From positions 135,198 through 199,197 of the forward strand of contig PDIP01000005.1 in NCBI GenBank assembly GCA_002811645.1: a stretch of 64,000 nt of DNA. Direction: 5' to 3'. How positions within the stretch are numbered: the first letter of the stretch is position 1; every line of letters begins with the position of its first letter. The notes under the pieces are model-generated. The model was not told where the DNA came from, did not search any database, and saw nothing but the letters and a program-made list of their open reading frames with translations. This DNA comes from Corallochytrium limacisporum Hawaii. Taxonomy: Eukaryota; Protista; Pluriformea. The translations under genes and the position numbers were made by a program. Below are positions 1-12,000 of the stretch, one piece after another.

Positions 1-1270
1 CAAAGGGGGGTTGGGGGACCACCCCGGGGGCTTCGGGCGTTTGGCCACAACAATGGAAGCGGTCGGGCCATACTCGTTTCTTGGCGATGCGCCTCTGCTA
101 CTAACGAGCCAAATCCTGAGAGTCTTCTTTGGTCTTTGTGTACTGCTTTTCTTGGGTCTCCGTCCTCTCTCCACACACACACAAAAAGACCCCACCGTAG
201 AGCGGACGGACCCCTCTCTCTCTCGCTCGCTCTTTCGTCTTTTCTTCTTCCCAGCCCCGTACTGACGCGCTCAGCTGCCAACTTTTTTATTATCCTACCC
301 CCAACCCTGCCCTGCCCTCTCTTCGTGCTGCGCTTTTGCTCCGAGGGAAGTCTGCGCGCACCCAGTATTTTTTTTTGGGGCAGTAGCCATTGTTTTTTTT
401 CGCGACGGGCGATCGAACAGAGCCCCTTCCCCCTATTTTTTAGTATTTCTCCTCCGCAAGTTACCCCCCCCCCCGGTTAGAGTGAGTGTGGAATGACAAA
501 TTTATTCTCTCTTTACCGTGTTCCCCTCCCCCTTCCCCTCCATTGCTTCCTTGGTTTTCTCTTCCGTTTGGGAAAAACTTATCAGGGGCTCAGGGTGCCC
601 CCCTCCCCCCCCAGAAGGAGGGAGAGGGAACGGACCGATGGGACAAAGTGTTTCTGTTGGCCCCCCCCCCCCGGGGGGTGTGGGGGGAAGGGGGCAGGAG
701 GTCTTTTGTTACTTACTTTGCACACACACTGGCTTTGTACAGGAGGAGGGATGATTCCGACTTTCGGGCCCGTGGTTCTCAGGACAAAGTGACACAGAAG
801 GGGAGACACTCAACCTCTGCACAGGCGGAACTCACCCCGTTCTCTGCCCTCAGATTTCCCCGGTGTGCCGGCCCTCTACTCCGTGGGTGATCTGTCTGCT
901 GTGCCCGTGGTGTCGTGTGCCTTACACCGGCCGCAAACTCCTCTGTGACTGTGCTGTTGTGCAGTGGCAGCAGTAAGGCCGATGCCTGCGAGCTAGAATT
1001 GTGTTCTGCCTTTTATTTTGGAGTGTGTGTACATGTCATAGTCAATTCCCCCGCAAGGTCAGGATTTTTCGTATTAAGCCTCTTGTGTTGCTATACAGAA
1101 ACTGAGAACAATTGAGAAAGTGATGAGTGCACATGTTCAGTGCAGAACTGAGGCATCGAGCTGACAACTCTGGGTACTTTTAGGCGACAGTGTCCCATGA
1201 TTGTGGCATCTCCTCAACACGTACTCATATCTCAGGTTTCCATTGAGAAGTACGTCATTGTAAGCCGATC

Positions 1271-2623
1271 ATGAAGTTCTTCAGCATTTTGGGACTGGCT
1301 GCTCTGCCTGCGCTCGCTAGTGCGTGGCTCTTCGAGCCCTCGGCCATGAGCGTGGACCGCCACCATTCTCTCAGCGACAAGCACCGCGCCAAGAAGATTG
1401 AGGGTCTGTGTGATACTGTGGACCAGGAGGCTGGCTACATTGACATTGGTGATGGCAAAAACATTTTCTACTGGTACTTTGACTCCCGCAATGACCCTTC
1501 CAATGATCCCGTCATGATTTGGTTCACTGGAGGCCCCGGCTGCTCTTCAGCTGTCGCTCTCTTCCACGAGAACGGTCCCTGCCACATCCAGGAGGACAAC
1601 AAGACCACCAAGCCAAATCCCTACTCCTGGACCAACAAAGCGAACGTGCTCTGGATTGACCAGCCCGCTGGAGTTGGATTCAGTTACGGACCCGAGGACG
1701 ACCGCAACGAAAACGACGTGGCTGATGACATGATCACTTTCCTGACGGTCTTCTTCGAGAGCTACCCTGAGATCAAGCACCGCCAATTTTTCATCTTCGG
1801 AGAGTCCTACGGAGGACACTACGTGCCTGCCGTGGCCGCACGTGTGCAGATCTGGAATAAGAACGCTAAATCAGAGGATGAGAAGATCAACCTGGTCGGC
1901 ATTGGTATCGGAAACGGTCTAACCGACCCTCTTCACCAGTACCCTGAATACCCAGAGTATGCGTACAAGAACCATGTCAAGCCTCTTGTATCCAAGGACG
2001 AGTATGAGAGCATGAAGGGATCTGTGTCAACCTGCAGTGCCTTTATTAAGCGTTGCCAAGGCGGTTCATCCGTCTCTTGCTTCTTGGCCTACACTTACTG
2101 CAACATGGAGCTCATGCAACCCCCTATGAAGAAGGGCATCAACCAATACGATGTGCGGGAGCAGTGCGAAGTGAAGCCTCTCTGTTATGACTTCTCAGAT
2201 GTAGAGACCTTCCTGAACTCTGACGACGTCCAGAAAGAGCTGGGTGTCGACCAATCATGGACCTCATGCAACTTTGATATCAACCGCAACTTTATGTTCG
2301 ATTTCATGCGCGAGTTCGAAAAGATGGTGGCTGACAGCCTGGCCGACGGTGTCCGTGTCCTCATTTACGCCGGCGACTGTGACTGGATCTGTAACTGGAT
2401 GGGTAATCTCGCATGGGTTAAGGTCCTTGACTGGGAGCACAAGGAGGAATGGAACAAGAGCGAATTTGAGAAATGGTCTGTCGGTGGTAAGCCCGCTGGT
2501 GAGAAGATCAGCAGCAACAACCTGACCTTCTTGCGCGTATATGAGGCTGGGCACATGGTTCCTATGAATCAGCCTGAGGCTGCCTTGCAGATGTTCAATG
2601 AGTTCCTGGACGGTGACCTGTGA
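1271..2623 (+). CDS. Serine carboxypeptidase, family S10 (carboxypeptidase Y-like), secreted/vacuolar
   Basis: 450 aa; signal peptide MKFFSILGLAALPALASA; WFTGGPGCSS, WIDQPAGVGFSY, catalytic GESYGGHY, GDCDWICN and AGHMVP motifs. Confidence 0.96.
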   Translation: MKFFSILGLAALPALASAWLFEPSAMSVDRHHSLSDKHRAKKIEGLCDTVDQEAGYIDIGDGKNIFYWYFDSRNDPSNDPVMIWFTGGPGCSSAVALFHENGPCHIQEDNKTTKPNPYSWTNKANVLWIDQPAGVGFSYGPEDDRNENDVADDMITFLTVFFESYPEIKHRQFFIFGESYGGHYVPAVAARVQIWNKNAKSEDEKINLVGIGIGNGLTDPLHQYPEYPEYAYKNHVKPLVSKDEYESMKGSVSTCSAFIKRCQGGSSVSCFLAYTYCNMELMQPPMKKGINQYDVREQCEVKPLCYDFSDVETFLNSDDVQKELGVDQSWTSCNFDINRNFMFDFMREFEKMVADSLADGVRVLIYAGDCDWICNWMGNLAWVKVLDWEHKEEWNKSEFEKWSVGGKPAGEKISSNNLTFLRVYEAGHMVPMNQPEAALQMFNEFLDGDL

Positions 2624-3208
2624 AAATGGAAAGCCGCCATAGATTCTTCCAGCACAGGTAGTCTCTTATCTTCGGTAAATACGCACATTCTCTATTCAAT
2701 CTGACCAACATTACCACCAAGATGAAGAATCACGCACTACCGTGTAGAAGCCAACAAGATACATACGAGATACACGACACAACGCCGCATTGATCAGCAA
2801 TTACAATACACACCTATGAGGCTGAAAAGTTAATAAGGCCCCCATCTAATTGAGGCCCTTCCTCCGGAGTACCCTCAATTAGGACCATGTCCGGATGTAA
2901 TATTTTTGCGCGCGAAATCCGTACAATAGTGTAGTACACCGTTTCCCCAAACCCTGTCTCTTCCTACGCGACAGCGGTAAAGTCTCCCGACTCTTGGAGA
3001 CCCGAGACAACTACCCGCACGCAACCGCTAGCAGCAATAGTCAGTGAGAGAGTCCGGACAGGTAGCTGAGCACGGAGAGCCTCACATAGAGCTACATGAA
3101 GAAGTAATCTACGACAATAAACGTGGTAGTTTAAAATCGGGAAACAGTGCCAGGAAAACGAGATCACTATGTGAAGAGCACCCAAAATATTCAGGAAAGA
3201 GAGCTACA

Positions 3209-5476
3209 ATGCCGGGGGTTCCCGACGCAAGGGGTGACAATGCCACCGTGCCACCGGATCTGTACTCAATTTATCGTTATTGGAACAACTCGTTGAGCGT
3301 CAGCAATCTACGGGCGCAACATGAGAAGAAAGAAGCGGCATCTGGTGCCCATGAGAGACCGACTCTACTGCAGAATATGTTGCACAATGAATGCGAACCG
3401 TTTTCGGAACAACTGCGGCTACAGTACGTATCGCTCATGCTTGAGCATGAAGTGATTCGAGAGCTGCTCTGGGCTTTACAAGGCTTACCTACGGAAGTGA
3501 TCCTTATCAAAGAAGGAGAGATATACAGGCAGGGCAGGATTGGCGTGGTGGAAAGCCTTTCTCCAGGTTCGCTGTCTTTGTTGGCCATGAACTGGGCCAA
3601 GGTTGCAAGCGAGCTTGAGTCATTGCGGAAAATGTTGAAGCAGGCGCAGCATCAGAGATCAGGACTGGGAGACCACAATCTATACGAACCAAAAGACACA
3701 CTTTTTCAGACGATGGCAAGTACAGTGCGGCAAATTGAGGACAGCTGTGCTGTCTATGAGCACAAACTGGTAGACCGGTTGCGTCTGGAAACCAACAATC
3801 CTGTGAACGGATCCTTTGGCGAACTTTCAATTAAGCGTGGGTATTTACTTTTACAGTTTGACAATGATATGCGGGAAATTGAAGAAACCGTCACTTTGCT
3901 GTGTACCGTCCGCGACGAAGTCGCAAAGTCAGGGGCATCTCTGCGGCAGACGATGGGCCGACTGGATCACTTGTTGATGATCCACGATAGGCCAGTAACA
4001 GGAAATCAGTCCATGTCGGTCCTGCGTAATTTCTCCAGCGACTTGCTTCTCGCCACACTGAACCATTTGTGGTCTTGCATGTTCACGACAACTTTAACTA
4101 TTCCAAAGGTGGCTCCTCTGTTCGACATGAACGTGGAGGAATTCAATCAGATAGCGGAAGAGGAGTACTGGCTTACCCTCAACCTCTCGGAAGAGAAGCT
4201 TCCTCCGCGAATGGCTCCATTCCATCACGCGATCGAGGTGGCGATCAAGAGTGCTCTGCTCCTGCGAAGCTGCACCAAAACACTGCATGATCTGACCCAG
4301 GCATCCCGTCGGGAGATGAACGAAACCATGGGACCATGCAGCAGTGAAGCTTTCCCAAATCTCCGTGAGGCCATCAAACTCAAGGAAATAAGGGCCGTTG
4401 AAGAAAATCTAGCAAAGGGACCGACGACAGGCAGCAGCAAAATCTCACTGCAAGCCGACATTGATCAGAAAGTCTTGGAATCATTCGCTGGATTAGACCT
4501 CATAGAAGGTAAAGTGCACACCTCAGAGGATACGACATTTTCGAGTGTAAAATTGGAGACAATCAACGCCATGGACACCCGCCTCTACCGGGCCACACAA
4601 CTGGATCTGCGGATGGCCCAGAGAGCATCATCCACGCCACTGCTCAACCTGCTGCGTACCCAGTACAAACTTGTGGATCACCTGGAACTGATTTGGAGTA
4701 CCTATCTGTTTGGGAATGGTCATGCTCTCGATGCTTTCTACTCAACCAGCGACTTCAGTGCGGGCATCGTGGATCGCACGAAGGCCATCATTTCTCTGCG
4801 AGAATGTCTCACCGCCACGGGCTGGTCTGATAGAGCAGTTCGTCACCTAGACTTTTCGCCAACGGCGCATACATACCTGAAGCCGAATGAGAGCTTCGTC
4901 AACAGTCCTCTGCGGTATACCAGCCCGTTCCCAACAGACATCGTGATCCACTCGGGTGCAATGAGCATGTACCAGGACCTGTTCTGCTTGTTGCAGATGC
5001 TAAAGATCGGCCTGAAGGGTTGCGAGAGTGGTGTAAAGGGCACATACTGTCCCCGAGAGGGCTATATCTTGCGCATGAAGCTTCTGCACGCCCTGCGGTG
5101 CCTGTTGACGGTTTTTGTCAGCGACATCATCCAAACAAGCATCGGTGAGCTACGGAAGGTCGTCGAAGAGGCGGAAGACCTCTATGATGTCGTGACTTCG
5201 CACAACTCCTTCATTCGTGCCCTACATAGACGTTGTTTCCTCGGTGGCCAGAATAATATGATCATGGGGGTCATTAAACGCTTCGTCGGCATTGGACTGA
5301 ACCTGCAGGAGCTCATGCGTCACCCGGATGGCATCAACAATCGCAGCTTGAATAACCTCCGGCGAGAGCATGAAAACAGCGAACGGTTCCTCATTCGCGC
5401 GCTAGGCACCATGCGCACAAACAATCGTGATGCTGAACTGCTCCTCACTTTGTTGGGTATGGATGCTGAACAATAA
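3209..5476 (+). CDS. Gamma-tubulin complex component (Spc97/Spc98 GCP family, possibly GCP5-like)
   Basis: GCP-like segments EHEVIRELLWALQG, SLSPGSL, LRYTSPFPTDIVI..MSMYQDLFCLL, HNSFIRALHRRCFL; first in-frame ATG at 3209 (ORF track starts at GTG 3044); paralog assignment uncertain. Confidence 0.75.
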   Translation: MPGVPDARGDNATVPPDLYSIYRYWNNSLSVSNLRAQHEKKEAASGAHERPTLLQNMLHNECEPFSEQLRLQYVSLMLEHEVIRELLWALQGLPTEVILIKEGEIYRQGRIGVVESLSPGSLSLLAMNWAKVASELESLRKMLKQAQHQRSGLGDHNLYEPKDTLFQTMASTVRQIEDSCAVYEHKLVDRLRLETNNPVNGSFGELSIKRGYLLLQFDNDMREIEETVTLLCTVRDEVAKSGASLRQTMGRLDHLLMIHDRPVTGNQSMSVLRNFSSDLLLATLNHLWSCMFTTTLTIPKVAPLFDMNVEEFNQIAEEEYWLTLNLSEEKLPPRMAPFHHAIEVAIKSALLLRSCTKTLHDLTQASRREMNETMGPCSSEAFPNLREAIKLKEIRAVEENLAKGPTTGSSKISLQADIDQKVLESFAGLDLIEGKVHTSEDTTFSSVKLETINAMDTRLYRATQLDLRMAQRASSTPLLNLLRTQYKLVDHLELIWSTYLFGNGHALDAFYSTSDFSAGIVDRTKAIISLRECLTATGWSDRAVRHLDFSPTAHTYLKPNESFVNSPLRYTSPFPTDIVIHSGAMSMYQDLFCLLQMLKIGLKGCESGVKGTYCPREGYILRMKLLHALRCLLTVFVSDIIQTSIGELRKVVEEAEDLYDVVTSHNSFIRALHRRCFLGGQNNMIMGVIKRFVGIGLNLQELMRHPDGINNRSLNNLRREHENSERFLIRALGTMRTNNRDAELLLTLLGMDAEQ

Positions 5477-6019
5477 AACAAGTTTAACATTTTCACAAAA
5501 GTCATGTACAAGAAGAATTCTGGTCAGCGTCCGAACCGCCTTGGGTACCTCCTCTCCGGAACCCCCCTCCTCGCCCCTCCCAACCCCCCCCCAGGGCGGG
5601 TGATGTCAACTGCCACATACCACGTCCCCCCCACCCCTTCGCTCGCTCCCCTCACCGGGGGAATGGCGGGTTGTCCTTAGTGGCCTGGATTGGTTGATTG
5701 GTTCTGGCTGTAGCGGGGCAGGGTGCAGTTCGGAGGTACGGCAATCACACGTCGGCGGGTCTCCCTGTAAGGGCATACTTGGACACATTCATGATACCAG
5801 TGCAGGGAACTTCAAACCCTACTTGAGATGGCACTTCTCTGCAGGATAGTGATCATCACGTTATCTTGGACTTGATCGGCTCCTGTACCAGAGAAGCAAT
5901 AAAATATCGCCAAATAGAACCTAGTCAATATGGATAGCACATAAGGAAACACAGTTGAGGCCCAGTGTAGGTTATATTGAGTGTTTGGGCGCTTTAGTCG
6001 GGCTCAATCACCAGCAAAG

Positions 6020-9000
6020 ATGTTTGAAGGCTTCGTTTCTAACTTTCTCAACACTTGGCTTGGTGATTACCTAGAGGGAATCAATACTTCCGACCTCTCA
6101 GTCGCCGTATGGAACGGGTTAGTTACACTGAAGAATGTTCGCATTCGAGAAGACGCATTATCCTTCCTCGATCTCCCAATTTCGGTGCGCAATGGGGTCA
6201 TTGAGGAACTGCAGATTCGGATACCTTGGGCTCAGCTCCAGAGTAAGGCAATCCAGGTCGAGGTCTCCAACATTCGCATCTTGGCGGTGAGCGAGACCGG
6301 CGCGGAGCAGAAGGACCGGCAGGAGCAGCTTGCGTCGGAGATCCAGAAGAAGTTGAAGTTGTGGCACCAGGAGCAGTGGGAGCGGTTGATGGCCAGTTTT
6401 GAACCGGAACAGAAACAAGCAGATGGATCGGAAACAATGACGTCCGCACTATTGTTCCGATTAATCAGCAATGTGTACATTAGCGTACAAAGTGTTGACG
6501 TGAGATACGTCGCAACCAACCTAGAGAATCAGGGACAACAGAACATTACATGGGGAATGTACTTCGAAAAATTTACGTTAATGGCCACTGATGCCAATTA
6601 CAAGAAGGCATATATGTATGATGCGCATGGGAAGCAGCATCGGGTCCTGTCATTGAATAGGTTCAATATGTACATGCTAGCCAATGAGTATGAGAGCACC
6701 GATGTCTTCGAGCCATTCAATCCGGATAGACATGCCCAGCATGGTATTATTAGCAATGTGACCATAGAAGCACGTATGAACTGGAACATGCACAAGGACG
6801 GCCATATGGAAGCATCCCTGGACCTGAAGACACAGAAAACTCCAGTGCAATTGCGCAAGAGTCATCTGAACATAATTGCAGAAGAAGCCGAAGCTATCAC
6901 TATGTCTCGGCGACAGCAGAGATTTGCAGATATTTCGCCAAAGACGGCGGAAGCATTGCGAGCGGATCCAACGCCGAGGAAGCGATGGAAGCATGTGATT
7001 AGCTGCATTGTGAAGGAAATTTCTCGCCGACGGGAGCGCCAAACGCTGCCTTACTTAGTAGAGCGACGTGGAAAACGTTTGAAGCATGAACCAGTTTATC
7101 ATCAGTACCTTGATGAATCTCTTAACTTTGAGGAGAAGAAGAAGGAAGAGAACACTGGCTCGCAAACGCCAAGCGCTCTTGAGATTCCAACCCGAATGGA
7201 GGAGGCGCAGGCGTCATTGGCGAAGATGGAAGTCGGATTAGAACTGGATGACATCAAGTACTTCCGCACGACTGGACTTTTAAGTTGGACCAAGGAGCAT
7301 GCTAAGCAACTCAAGGAGCTTAAGAAGCCAAAGAAAGTTGAGGCTAGCTACCAATCGTACCTGATGGGCTTTCTCGGAGGCAGCACATCAACCGAAAACC
7401 CGGAAGCGTCGAAAACGGGTGATGTGGAACAGGATGTTAACCAACTCGCTGAAGTACTGGAACAGTGGGTCAAGGAGGCTCCAGTGGACAAATATTTTAC
7501 ATACGACGTTAAATTCGAGCTCAACAAAGGATCAATCACACTGATGCATGATATTATGCGTTCCGACAATGATGAGGCCATTTCCACTGAGTTGGTTTTT
7601 GATACCATGGCCTACAGCCTGGAGAAGAATATCGCGGAAGACGTTACCACTCGTATTGCTTTGCATGGAATGAAGATGGGTGAAATCGACCATGATGCTA
7701 ATGATAAGACCAGGGAAGTGATAGTTTCGAAACATGCGTCTGATGGAGAGTTCTTCAAGGCAAGGTACGTCAAGCACGCCAACACGGGGAAACGTGAGTT
7801 ACGGGTGGCGCTGGCACCGTCGGAAATGTTTATTGATGCTGAGCTGGTAAAACGGTTGACATCAACTTCGAAGTCTTTGATGCGCATTGGTAACCTGTCA
7901 ACCATACAACAGACATTCGATGTTATCAGGCATCTACAAACGGAGACATTGGAGACTTTCACTGAGGTGATCAACAGCGAGAGCATTGATGCAAAACTGA
8001 ATGTGGCTGCCCCCAAGATTCATTTGCAGGCAAATGAACAAGCTTCCGCGAAACTGTTAGCTGATTTTGGTGAACTCTCCATTCAGATTGGCAGATGGCA
8101 CGAAGCCGCGGAGAAGGATACTGAATTTGAGACTCCACCATCCTCTCCCGAATCACTTCCTTCGCAAGATGGTCTACAAGTGGGTATAGTTGAGGCGGAC
8201 CATGATGAGTTGCAGACCGGCGACTTCCCTTTGAAGTTAGCCCTGTCCAATGTGAGTGTGGCATACGTCGATGGTGACTCAGGACCGTATGATATTTTCC
8301 GAAGGACGACATTCAGCCTCAATGCGCTGCCCTTGGAGCGCTCTGAGAAGAAGGATCACCACGGACACCATCCGACTGAATGGTTTGTGCATATTCCCAT
8401 TGACTCTATCCGAGTATCTCTCTCCGAAGACACGTTGAGGAGCATTGTTGGCATTGGTAAGGCATTCAACTACTCTGAGGCTCACGGAAGTGGCTTTGTG
8501 GAATCTATCCCTGTTGCATCGCATACAGACATCGTAGAGGACCACGACGAATCAGTTGACATTGACGTTCGTTCGGTGGTGAGCAAAGATACCCATGGAA
8601 GGGGCGGCACACGGCAAAAGAGGGTACAAATCCGGAAGGTTAAGCTGCGGATCCGGGATATACATGCAGATTTGAAGGATAGCATGAAGGCCGCCAAAGA
8701 GCGATGCCGCGTCGAATTCCGGGGCATGGAGTTTGCCTACCAGCGCGAGGACAACGGAAGCACAGAGAGCACGTTGAAGGTTAGAGAATGTGATATTCGC
8801 AGTCGGAGTTCTGAAGCGTTGGAAGCGCTACCGATTGTTAGTAGTGATCATCACAGTGGAGGAGGAAATGCAAAGCATTTGGTCATGGTCCAGATTGCGA
8901 CAAAGGGCCGAGATACTAGGGTGACGGGCACGCTGAGTACGTTGCGACTTGATCTATGCAGGAACAGATGGCTACCAATCATTCAGTTGTTTGGGGCCTA

Positions 9001-12000
9001 TGGATACCTGCCGGCTCCATCCACACCACGACTTGCGCCCTTGTCGTCTCCTGCGCTGTCCCCGGCTCCATTGTCGCCAGGTGCGGACCGGCCACCGCTT
9101 CTTCGTAAGCGCACTGTATCGTCGACTGTCGGACCTAGTGGCAGACGGCGCGGCAAGTATGACATGGACGTCCAGTTTGAATCATTGACAGCTACATTGT
9201 ACAGCGAGCGCAAGAAGTTTTTGGATGTATCGGTCCGGGATGTGCAGCTTGAAGGCAAGTTTTCAGACGGTGCTAGTGACTTACGAGTAGCCCTGGAGAA
9301 TGTTGAGAGCACGGAGTATCGATCCAATGAGAAAATATTTGACATGCAGCATGCTCTGTCGTTGGATCTCCGTAGGAAGGAGAACTTAACTGATGTAAGC
9401 ATTGCCATTTCCCAAGCTGACTATACGTACGATGTCTATGCCATTAGAAAAACTGTGGCATTCTTTGAAGATTTCTCTGAAGTTGGCAGTGTTTTGCAGT
9501 CTGCGCGCGATTCTGCGGGTGCCGCGGTTTCAACCTTAACCGCAGAGTCATCAGTTAAGTTCCGGTTGGTTGGCGAATCACCTCTGGTTCACCTCAGTAG
9601 TGGAGACTACGGCAAAACCTTACTCTGCTATTTCGGCAAGTTTTCAATTCACAATGATTGGTCGTCGGTAGACGGGGCCTCCCCAATGGCAAATTTAGAT
9701 CTTGACGAGCAACACACCAAGCTCGCAATAGTCACACTAGAAGATATCAGCATGAATTTGAAAGACTCCCAGGATCAATCACAAAATCATGCTATTCTGC
9801 ACCATGGCAATTGCGACATCTTAGTCTGCCGGAAAACAGCGACTGATGCCCTCTCGGTGGTTGTCGTGATTCCTGATGTCGAGTGTGATCTGCCCCGCAC
9901 CGTATTCAATGATATTCAGGTGATCGCGGATGTGAATTCCCCTGCAACAAGTGTTGAGGAAAGGCCTAGTGCCCAGTCCTTGGATTCCGTGCGTGGTCCA
10001 GAAGTGGGCGTCGAAGATGCCGACCAAATTCGCTCTGTCTTTGAAGTGAGACTATCCATGGCTAGTGTTGCTCTGCGCCTGTCATCGGACATTGGTCATG
10101 GAGTTTCAAATTTGGCGGTCATCAAAGGCACTGATTTGGACATGAAAATCACAAGTGACGAGAAGATGGTGACAACTGCATTTGAGTTCCGGGATCTCGA
10201 TGTAGTTGATGAGCTGCAAGCGTCTGTCCACGGTGCGGAGCCGAAGACGATCGGCCGTATGGAAGCAGGTGAATCTACCATAGACCGTTCCCGCGCATTG
10301 AGGGTCGTACACGAAAGCCCACACGCTTCACATGGAAACGAAACTGGCCTCGATGATCCTGCAGCCACACAAACAGAAATCATCATTGGAAAGCTGTGGG
10401 CCATCTATGAGTCAGAGACTTGGCTCACTATTGTTGACTTCCTAACCTCCACTCCTGAAGCAATGCATATGAAGTCATTGCAAGCCAGCGATTTGTTCCA
10501 GACGTCTCTGGAGGTGCAGCCCTTGGACGACGGTACCGAAGGGGAGGATCAGGGACCTATGAATTTGCTAGAGAAGCCGATACCTCGTTTCATCAATCTG
10601 AACATCATGCAATTGAGTCTCGAAGTGGACAACAGTCATGGAACACGGGCACTCATGGGTGTGAAGCGTGTCGAGTCTGCAATTCTGCTTCAAGGAAATG
10701 ACTGGAACATTGACGGCAAGCTGGACAAGATTTGGGTGAATGATGGCAATGCTAATCTGGAAGAGTATCATTGCATCTTCGACAGCTCCATGGCTGAGGA
10801 GCTAACTTTCAAGTACATCTATGATACAACCGCGAAGCAGATGCTACTTGACATCGACATGTCAAAACCGTACATTGTGTACTTACGAGCATTTGTTGAT
10901 GATCTGTATGAGATTTTAAAGGCCACCATAGATATCAACAATCTCATTCAAGACCTCAGAGGCAAGTATGTGGCCGAAGGTATCAAGTTCAATCCAAAGG
11001 TCAAGGTGACGGACGGGTTCATTGCACTTCCTATTCACCGAGGGGCCCGGCCATTCATAGGCTTGACTTGTGACGAGTTGCTGCTTTCAAATCGACACTA
11101 CGATCGTGACAGTGACCAGACAGCGGTGAATGAGTTTCTCATCGATATCAAGGGGGTCTGTGCTGGAACATCCAAGGCAGAGGCTTCCGTACGCGAGATG
11201 CCGTTGAGGCCATTGTTCAAAGGGAAAAAGGACATGCAGGTGAAGGTAGATTTCTTATACCTTGACAACTACATCGACGAATTTGCTTACCAGATCGGTA
11301 TGGACTTTACCAACGTGGCACTGCAACTGGATAACAACAAGTATCAAGTGTGTATGGCCTTTTTGACTGGCAATCTCGGGATTGCTGGCGGAAATTTTGA
11401 CATGGTGAAGGAGACCAGTCTGGTGCGTCGTGATTCTGGACCAAAGACCAAGGACACTCAGAACCGCGAGGCAGTTAATTTCCCCACTGGACCTGTCATT
11501 GAAGGATCTACTGACAAAGACCTCAAGTTTATGGAGATGGTTATCAACATAAGGGACTGTCGATTACTCATGGAACACAATGTAGGGCACTACTCGCACG
11601 TCATGGAACATAGTGCCAAACTGACATGTGATGTGCAAAGGGCAACCATAGATTTGACCACGATCATTCATGCCGGAGATTTTGCCAAGAACAGCACCAC
11701 CTTCGATTTTCAAACTCCAGCTATCAGTGTGTACGAGGGGCTTGACACCTCTGATAACTTCCAACCGATTACCAATCTCCCTGTGTTCTTCCAACCCCGA
11801 GTAGACACTTCGGAGACGTCATTGCTATTTAACTTCAACCGCCGTAGCACTATCAAAGACTCTCAAACGAAGTTCATCGTGCACAAGGCCCGGCTTTTCT
11901 TCATGCCGGATGTTTTGTACTCCATGGCTGAATTCTTCATGAACATGGAAGATGAGCATAATGAGATGTCACTTGCATATCAGAAACACGAGGGGCCAGA

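Noticed and set aside
5790-5850. tRNA-Sec-like string TGCAGGGAACTTCAAACCCTAC
   Set aside because: The anticodon stem is out of register, and no T arm or acceptor stem can be found.
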